A stretch of DNA of 32,000 bases from positions 1 to 32,000 of the forward strand of contig NZ_LN885086.1 of NCBI RefSeq assembly GCF_001458695.1. Direction: 5' to 3'. Positions 26,353-32,000 of the stretch are shown piece by piece. The DNA comes from Candidatus Nitrospira inopinata (GTDB taxonomy: Bacteria > Nitrospirota > Nitrospiria > Nitrospirales > Nitrospiraceae). Position 1 is the first letter of the stretch. Each line of letters starts with the position of its first letter. Below the pieces are notes generated by a model. That model worked only from the letters and a program-made list of their open reading frames with translations. It did not search any database and was not told the origin of the DNA. The position numbers and the translations under genes are program-made.

Positions 26353-27374
26353 CTCACGGTGAGCTGGAAGACGCGATTCCGCTGTACGCGATCGGTGCGC
26401 TGGAACGAGGCGAGCGACAAGTGCTCGACGCTCACCTGCTGTCCGGTTGCCCCTCCTGCCATTCGGCGCTCCGGGAGTTTCAGGCCGTGGCGGCCGCCCT
26501 TCCGTTCGGCTTGGACATCGTCGCGCCGCCCCGCTTGTTGAAAGCCTCCATCATGGCGGCGCGGACGGCCGCCGCCGACCATGACGCGATGGGACACACG
26601 TCGGATCTCTCTCGCCTCGGGCCCGGGAAATGGATGGAACACGTGTCTCAACCGAATTCCCGCTCCACGATGGCATGGTTGAGTGTTTTCCCCAGATGGT
26701 TCCTCGGAACTGCCATCGCCGCAGCCGTCGCCGGAAGCATCGCAATGGCGTGGATCGCCCAGGATTCGCACGTGCCGGACGACACGGTCGCGTCGGCGCA
26801 GTGGCAGGCGCAAGTCGCTTCCGCCGCCTCTCAATCGGCCGAGTTGCAACGTCGGCTCGAAGAGCGCGAGCGATCCCTGATTGGCGCGCGCGAAGAACTG
26901 CAACGCTCCCTGGCCGATATGGCCGAGCTCAAAGATCAACTGATCCAGCGCGAAGCCGAACTGGACGTCCTAAAGACCCAACTCGATCAGTACGAGAAAC
27001 GCCGCGTTCGCGCGCCCGAAGATGAGTTGGCCGTGCTCTTGCGCACACCGACCATCAAAGCCGCCGTTCTGGCCGGGACGGAAGCAGCCAGAGACGCATC
27101 CGGGATCTTTCTCCATGACCGCCGAGCCCGGAAAATCTGGCTGTACACGCTGAATCTTCCCGCGTGTCCCGCCGGAACGGAGTATCGACTCTGGCTCCTG
27201 AACGAGAAACCCGTCAGCGTCGGCGCCTTTCGCGTCGGCAAAGGAGAAACCTCCCATCTGTTCGTTCAGTCCGTCCCCGATTTTCACGGCGCGAAGGCTT
27301 TTTCCGTCAGCCTGGAACCGGCCGGAGGAGGTCCGGAGCCCGCGGGAGTGTCGTACCTCAGGAGTGCCTTGTAG
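26349..27374 (+). CDS. Anti-sigma factor: zinc-finger-like N-domain, one TM helix, coiled coil, and RskA-type C-terminal domain.
   Basis: ATGA start/stop overlap with the sigma gene. HLLSGCPSCHSAL. TM helix WFLGTAIAAAVAGSIAMAWIA. RskA-like EYRLWLLNEKPVSVGAF...FSVSLEPAGG. Confidence 0.85.
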   Translation: MTHGELEDAIPLYAIGALERGERQVLDAHLLSGCPSCHSALREFQAVAAALPFGLDIVAPPRLLKASIMAARTAAADHDAMGHTSDLSRLGPGKWMEHVSQPNSRSTMAWLSVFPRWFLGTAIAAAVAGSIAMAWIAQDSHVPDDTVASAQWQAQVASAASQSAELQRRLEERERSLIGAREELQRSLADMAELKDQLIQREAELDVLKTQLDQYEKRRVRAPEDELAVLLRTPTIKAAVLAGTEAARDASGIFLHDRRARKIWLYTLNLPACPAGTEYRLWLLNEKPVSVGAFRVGKGETSHLFVQSVPDFHGAKAFSVSLEPAGGGPEPAGVSYLRSAL

Positions 27375-27466
27375 TCGCCCTCTTTTTCTCACGCCCCTGC
27401 CCTCGATAAAAGCCCCTGTGTTACCATGCTGCGGGAAACGATCGGCCTGCGGCTGCGGATCGTCTC

Positions 27467-27964
27467 ATGCGTTGGAACGACGTTGATCGGCACTTTATGC
27501 AACTGGCTCTTGAGCTGGCTCGGTCGGCGCCCGCAGTGGGAGAAGTGCCGATCGCCGCGGTCCTCGTACACGAGGGCAAGGTCCTGGCCTCCGCCCATAA
27601 TCTCCGCGAATCTCGGCAAGATCCGACGGCTCACGCCGAACTCCTCGCCATTCGGAAGGCAGCCGATCACCTTCGGACATGGCGGCTGACCGATTCGACG
27701 CTCTACGTGACGCTTGAACCCTGCCCCATGTGCGCCGGCGCCGTCGTACAAGCCCGCATTGCGCGACTCGTGTTCGGAGCCTGGGACCCCAAGGCCGGCG
27801 CTTGCGGCTCACTTCTCGACATCCCGTCCGAGCGTCGGCTGAATCACCGCGTGGAAGTCCTGGGAGGCGTGCTGGAAGAAGCGTGTCAGGCGATCTTACA
27901 AAGTTTTTTCCGGGCGAAGCGAGGCGGTGGTCCGGCGAAGCATGAGTCTTTCTCGACCGAATGA
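27467..27964 (+). CDS. tadA: tRNA-specific adenosine(34) deaminase.
   Basis: CDA-fold zinc motifs HAELLAIR and LEPCPMCAGA. Also TLYVTLEPC and LVFGAWDPKAGACGS. 165 aa. Confidence 0.9.
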   Translation: MRWNDVDRHFMQLALELARSAPAVGEVPIAAVLVHEGKVLASAHNLRESRQDPTAHAELLAIRKAADHLRTWRLTDSTLYVTLEPCPMCAGAVVQARIARLVFGAWDPKAGACGSLLDIPSERRLNHRVEVLGGVLEEACQAILQSFFRAKRGGGPAKHESFSTE

Positions 27965-28100
27965 CCGATTAAACAGATCTCGCGTTGAAGAAGCCGGTGG
28001 CGGGGAATCCGCGCCGGACCCCCGGATTGTTTGTCCGGCTCCTTGTTGGCGGGAAGTCCGATGGGATATCGTGCATGATGATCGGAAATGGAGCCCTCTC

Positions 28101-28745
28101 ATGACAACGTCGGGCGAACCGCTGCGACACAGCCATCGTTTCCCTCCGCGGCTGGCCGTCTGCCTGCTCGGCATGGTCCTGCTCTCGATGCCGTTTCCTT
28201 CTCTTGCCATGGCGCTCGATTCAACGTTGGAATTGCTCCCGCTTCGTCCGTTCAATTTCGACATTTCATTCAATCAACGCACGTTCGCTCCCCGCGCCAG
28301 AGTCATCGCCGCCCAAGCCGGCATCACCGCCCTCCGATATGGTCTCATCGAAGTCAGGACGGTCTATCAGTTCTACAGCCAACACACCAAGACCTTCGTC
28401 ACGGATCAACACTCGTTGTATCTCAACCCCCGATGGAACAATTTCATCGACATCCTGGATTTTCCCCAAGACAAACCGATCCACCGCCTGCTTCGACACA
28501 TCCTGTTCGGTCCGCTGGAGGATCGGGCGGTTCCGTACGTCGGCGCGTTGCTCGGGGGAACGCTCCCCGGCAGGGGCGAGTTTTCCCCCGGTTATCTCTA
28601 CGGAGGCCAAATCGGGGTCCGCTTTCCCGTGGCGAAAGGGTTTTCCGTGGACATGGGACTGCAATATTCGCGGTTTGAAATCGACTTCCAAAGCAAGTCC
28701 AATTTGACGGAACAATGGCTCTTCACGATCGGCGTCCGATTCTGA
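28101..28745 (+). CDS. Hypothetical outer-membrane beta-barrel protein (214 aa).
   Basis: Signal peptide (LAVCLLGMVLLSMPFPSLAMA). Alternating-hydrophobicity strands and a terminal aromatic signature FTIGVRF*. The track start 27927 overlaps tadA. Confidence 0.6.
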   Translation: MTTSGEPLRHSHRFPPRLAVCLLGMVLLSMPFPSLAMALDSTLELLPLRPFNFDISFNQRTFAPRARVIAAQAGITALRYGLIEVRTVYQFYSQHTKTFVTDQHSLYLNPRWNNFIDILDFPQDKPIHRLLRHILFGPLEDRAVPYVGALLGGTLPGRGEFSPGYLYGGQIGVRFPVAKGFSVDMGLQYSRFEIDFQSKSNLTEQWLFTIGVRF

Positions 28746-28750
28746 CCGAT

Positions 28751-29839
28751 ATGACCGCCAACGATTTATCCAGCGGCGCACGACTCATTCATAGCCATAG
28801 CGACGCCAACGATGGCCGCCGACCCATCGGAATTCGATGCCGGCTCCTCCTTTTCATGATGCTCGCCGGTCTTTTGCCGGGGTGCGGGCTGGTTTTCGAC
28901 GCGATCGAGTTGGTGCATCCCTTGACCGGCGACGAGCTTTCGACCATCTGTTCGCGCGGGCGCCTGCGCGTGGGCATCTCCGTCGAACCCTTTCGTCCCT
29001 TCGTGTTTCCGGCGGTCTATACCGACGAGGGGATTCGGGTCACCGGCCTCGACGTCGAACTGATCCGAGAAGTTTCGCGAGCCTTGAGCGATCACTGCGG
29101 AGGGCGGCAGCCCATCGTTCCGACGTTGCACCTGACCCGCTTCCGCGATCTCCTGATCGAACTCAACGAGGGACATCTCGATCTCTTCGTTTCCTCGTTC
29201 AGCGGGAACGTCCCCGGTTCACACCCCGGCGGGTTGTGGACCTCCATTCCGTATTTTCACGACGGCGGCATCGGCGTGATCGTCCGACGTCCTGATGTCG
29301 AAGAAAAAGTTCTGGCGGCTCTTCACCATCAAACCGAACAAATCGATACCCTGGCGGCCATGCAGGAGGGCTTATCCGGTCTGACCGTCGCCGTGCAAAA
29401 CAGAAGAACCGCCCATTTCTACGCGGAGGCCAATCTGCCGCGCACCAAGCTCGTGGTGTGCGACTCGCTTCCGGCGGCGGTGGAGACGAAGGACCCGCCG
29501 ATCGACGTCATTTTGACCGATTATCCCATTCTCCAGTACGTGACCAAGCGCGTCTGGCCGGACTGGCGTTTGCTAGAGCGACCGGACGGCTCACCGTTGA
29601 TTCTCACGCGGGAATATTTCTCGATCGTCACGAGCGAGGAAAAACGACGGCTCCAGTGGCTCCTCAACAACTTGCTGTATCGTTTGGAAGAAACGGGCCG
29701 CCTGGCGAAGATGCGAAGACGCTGGCTCCAGGAGGACTACGCGCCGACCCGCCGGGCGACCGTCGAGGGTCTGCCGCTTGAAGTCTCGAAAGTGCCGGGC
29801 CACTACAACCAGGGCCAGTGCCGCATGGCGGGCAAGTGA
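28751..29839 (+). CDS. Periplasmic substrate-binding protein (SBP_bac_3-like), probable lipoprotein.
   Basis: Lipobox-like LLPGC after a long charged N-region. LRVGISVEPFRPFVF...GLDVELIREV...DLFVSSFS matches type-3 solute-binding domains. The start is uncertain. Confidence 0.65.
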   Translation: MTANDLSSGARLIHSHSDANDGRRPIGIRCRLLLFMMLAGLLPGCGLVFDAIELVHPLTGDELSTICSRGRLRVGISVEPFRPFVFPAVYTDEGIRVTGLDVELIREVSRALSDHCGGRQPIVPTLHLTRFRDLLIELNEGHLDLFVSSFSGNVPGSHPGGLWTSIPYFHDGGIGVIVRRPDVEEKVLAALHHQTEQIDTLAAMQEGLSGLTVAVQNRRTAHFYAEANLPRTKLVVCDSLPAAVETKDPPIDVILTDYPILQYVTKRVWPDWRLLERPDGSPLILTREYFSIVTSEEKRRLQWLLNNLLYRLEETGRLAKMRRRWLQEDYAPTRRATVEGLPLEVSKVPGHYNQGQCRMAGK

Positions 29840-29865
29840 TGCGGCGCATGAGGTACAATTCCCCC

Positions 29866-30606
29866 ATGAAACGGCTCGTCTGCTTGCTCATTTCGTTGAG
29901 CGTCTGGCTCGCGTCGCCCTTCCCAGGTGAAGCGCGGACGCAACAAGAGGAAAGCGAGCTCACCGCCCGCTATCTCACCATCCTTCTGAACGTGGGACGG
30001 CTCGTGGTGGAGCGCAATCAACAGCTGATCAATGATCCCGAAAAGGGCGAGAAGGGCTTCACCTCCGAGTCGTTTGAGCGGGAAGTCGTCGACGAGTTTT
30101 TTCAACAAACCGGCATCGATCTCAAGCGCCTTCCGCCTCACCTTCCCGTTCTGGCGAAAGAACTGCTGCCGATCTTATTGGAATCGGGCAAGCACGTGGT
30201 GGCCGACGCCCAGCTCGTCATCAATCAACGAGGCATCGGCTATAAAAATTTTATTCCCGCCACGTTCGGCAGCCAGACGTCACGCAGGTTTTCAAGCCGC
30301 TCGCGGGTCACGCTCAAACAAACGACGCTCAACCCGCGAAACCCCAAAAACGCTCCGGACGCCTACGAAGAGCGGGTCTTGAAGCGTCTTGCGGCGCAAC
30401 CGGCCTCTCACGATCCCATCGCGGAATGGGTCGATGGGGGGAGGACTCTTCGGATGATGACGCCGATTTATTACTCGGAAGATTGCCTAACGTGTCATGG
30501 AAGCCCGGCCGGAATCTTGGATGTGTCGGGCTATCCGCGTGAAGGCGCCCGTGAAGGCGATCTTGCCGGCGCCATCAGCGTCCAAATTCCGGCCTCGCCG
30601 CCGTGA
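29866..30606 (+). CDS. DUF3365 (Tll0287-like) periplasmic protein with a c-type heme-binding motif.
   Basis: Signal peptide MKRLVCLLISLSVWLASPFPGEA. Single CXXCH (EDCLTCHGSP) near the C-terminus and overall DUF3365-like layout (NPRNPKNAPDAYE). Confidence 0.65.
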   Translation: MKRLVCLLISLSVWLASPFPGEARTQQEESELTARYLTILLNVGRLVVERNQQLINDPEKGEKGFTSESFEREVVDEFFQQTGIDLKRLPPHLPVLAKELLPILLESGKHVVADAQLVINQRGIGYKNFIPATFGSQTSRRFSSRSRVTLKQTTLNPRNPKNAPDAYEERVLKRLAAQPASHDPIAEWVDGGRTLRMMTPIYYSEDCLTCHGSPAGILDVSGYPREGAREGDLAGAISVQIPASPP

Positions 30607-30890
30607 GCGTTCATCCATCGATTGGCCGATCTTCCCTTCCGCCTTCCATCCTCGCTCGCGGACACGAGCTCATTCATAGACGAAGGACCCGAATGAGTCG
30701 CTTGACCTTCGCCCTCATGCAGGAAAGCACAAAGGCAAAGTGGTAAAATATCTCTTCTCTTGGACAAAGCGCGTCGCGCAGTTACACGACACGACGCCGA
30801 GTTCAACGTCTGATTTGGCGAGAAAAGAAACCTGTTGGCGCAGCCTCTGTCGTCTGTATCGTCTCTGTTGCCAGGGAGAAAGGTGCCGTT

Positions 30891-30986
30891 ATGGCAGAAG
30901 TAATTGCAACGTTGGCGGTGGCCGGCTATGTCGTCGCCGTGGCAATTGGAATCGGGTATTTCGTCATCCTGCTTTACCGAGATTAA
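30891..30986 (+). CDS. Mini-ORF encoding a 31-aa hydrophobic single-TM peptide.
   Basis: MAEVIATLAVAGYVVAVAIGIGYFVILLYRD*. GGGAGAAAGGTG ends 5 nt before the ATG. Below the ORF-track length cut-off; found by reading the intergenic sequence. Confidence 0.45.
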   Translation: MAEVIATLAVAGYVVAVAIGIGYFVILLYRD

Positions 30987-30998
30987 GGCGGTCGACCG

Positions 30999-31024
30999 CC
31001 GGAGCTGAAGCATGGCAGCTCCGG
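30999..31024. terminator. Perfect 9-bp-stem hairpin between the two convergent mini-ORFs (possible bidirectional terminator or processing site; no U-tract).
   Basis: CCGGAGCTG-aagcatgg-CAGCTCCGG. Immediately preceded by the 14-nt palindrome GGCGGTCGACCGCC (30987-31000). Confidence 0.35.
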
Positions 31025-31069
31025 CGCAACCACCTCTTGACGTCACTCGCCGTCACTGTTTCGATTGTC

Positions 31070-31162
31070 TCAGAAACCGGCGGTCAGCACTCCGAACAGA
31101 AGCACGCCGACCAAAAACGATCCAAGAAGAATCACGCTCGTGGTATCGGCAAGTCTGTCCAT
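31070..31162 (-). CDS. Mini-ORF encoding a 30-aa hydrophobic single-TM peptide.
   Basis: MDRLADTTSVILLGSFLVGVLLFGVLTAGF*. The minus strand has GAAGGAGGTG ending 7 nt before ATG 31162. Not in the ORF track because it is too short. Confidence 0.5.
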   Translation of the reverse strand: MDRLADTTSVILLGSFLVGVLLFGVLTAGF

Positions 31163-31692
31163 TACCGCTCACCTCCTTCTTCCGTGGGATCGATCATCAA
31201 CCGATAAGACGTTCGTTGCGGCGGAGGCGGGAAGACCGTGCGACAAGCGGAAACAAAAACCGCGACAGACGACGGCCGGCCGATAGCGGGCCTTTCACCA
31301 GATCCATCCTCCAGCCTGTCAATCGCGACAATTGATAACACCGAGATTGTCGGAGTCAAGGGGGGAACGGAAAGAGCGTCAAGGAAGCCTTGATCTCCCC
31401 GACACCGGAATTATCTGTGTCACCGTGATTCAGGTCGGCCGGCCGTTCATGCAATCCGGTCGGCTCACGCAAAGCAATCCGCCCAAGCGGTTGCGAAGGG
31501 CATACCCAGGAAAGCCGAGACAACGGACATCGGGATCGGCGTCGGCTTTTAGCGGTATCAATCGACATCGAATCGAAGGGGACCGCGCGGCGAGAGAGAT
31601 GTGCGCGATCGCGAACCGGCGCCGTCACGATCAACAAAAACGATGCGATTCTCCCGTATTGAAAGAACCGGCTTTAAGAAAGGAGGACGAGG

Positions 31693-32000
31693 ATGGCACT
31701 GATGACGAAACTAAAAGAACTGATCCCTTGGAAACGCAAACCAGTCGAGACGCACGAGGTCATTTCGCTGCGCGACGACATCAATCGACTGTTCGATCGT
31801 TTTTTGACGTCGCCGTTCGACGCAAGCTGGCCCCGCCTCGCGGGCGGCGGGTCCGAGATTGAAATGGAGGAAACCGATGAAGAGGTGATCCTTCGCATTG
31901 ACGTCCCGGGACTGGATCCGAAACGGCTGGACGTCAAGATCAGAAACGGCTCGCTTCACGTAGCCTACGAGGATGAACGAGAATGGCGTGAGAAAGACGG
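31693..32000 (+). CDS. Hsp20/alpha-crystallin family small heat-shock protein, N-terminal part. Continues past the right edge of the window.
   Basis: AAGGAGGA precedes ATG 31693. MALMTKLKELIPWKRKPVETHEVISLRDDINRLFDRFLTSPFDASWPRLAGGGSEIEMEETDEEVILRIDVPGLDPKRLDVKIRNGSLHVAYEDEREWREKD. Absent from the track because it has no stop in the window. Confidence 0.85.
   Translation, partial: MALMTKLKELIPWKRKPVETHEVISLRDDINRLFDRFLTSPFDASWPRLAGGGSEIEMEETDEEVILRIDVPGLDPKRLDVKIRNGSLHVAYEDEREWREKD

Noticed and set aside
30693-30743. 16-codon ORF (MSRLTFALMQESTKAKW) with GAAGGA upstream.
   Set aside because: Hydrophilic, weak SD, and overlapped by a 7-bp inverted repeat (CTCATTC/GAATGAG). Much less convincing than the two hydrophobic mini-ORFs.
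31332-31862. Track ORFs 31332..31862(+), 31356..31637(-), 30531..31046(-).
   Set aside because: Arg/Ser/Pro-rich low-complexity translations with no SD. The first overlaps hsp20 out of frame, and the last runs antisense through mini-ORF 1.
1-32000. Looked for CRISPR repeats, IS elements or inverted terminal repeats, integrases, toxin-antitoxin pairs of the usual protein types, and restriction or defence genes.
   Set aside because: No regularly spaced direct repeats and no transposase, integrase or nuclease-like ORFs were recognised. By-eye scanning cannot exclude short or degenerate elements.

Overview
GC-rich bacterial chromosomal window, densely coding. The organism is clearly diderm, given the TolC-type channel, PagL-like barrel, other outer-membrane barrels, lipoproteins and Tat/Sec signals. 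I cannot place the taxon from sequence alone.

I support about 34 protein genes, one tRNA-Arg(ACG), and a few candidate promoters and hairpins. I found no rRNA, CRISPR array, transposase, integrase or obvious prophage, so this looks like core genome rather than a mobile island.

Content from left to right:
- A triple-PAS signalling protein, truncated at the left edge and absent from the ORF track.
- A LuxR-type regulator plus a NarL-type response regulator, then VanZ.
- A GH57 glucan enzyme plus a GalT/HIT-family nucleotidyltransferase.
- The CCA-adding enzyme, an orphan ThiS/MoaD-like GG-terminal protein and tRNA-Arg(ACG).
- An unexplained ~0.8 kb non-coding stretch.
- A small basic ORF plus a cytochrome P450.
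- A minus-strand string of ArsB/NhaD-type permease, small membrane protein and TolC-like channel.
- GlgB, a DUF882/YcbK-type M15 peptidase and an orphan CheY-like receiver.
- A translationally coupled SagB/ThcOx-like double nitroreductase plus an unassignable, internally repeated 283-aa protein.
- A helical hypothetical protein plus a TPR protein.
- An envelope cluster of PagL-like deacylase, lipoprotein, small acidic protein, GT-B glycosyltransferase and an ECF sigma/anti-sigma pair.
- TadA, then an outer-membrane barrel, an SBP_bac_3 lipoprotein and a CXXCH DUF3365 protein.
- Two convergent mini-ORFs encoding 31- and 30-aa hydrophobic peptides, too short for the ORF track.
- An Hsp20 gene truncated at the right edge, also absent from the track.

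Best candidates for something undescribed:
1. The SagB-like / 283-aa module, which has no YcaO or cyclodehydratase partner.
2. The convergent hydrophobic mini-ORF pair upstream of hsp20.
3. The ORF-free, strand-asymmetric 0.8 kb region after the tRNA.

All functional calls come from motif recognition by eye. No database search was run.
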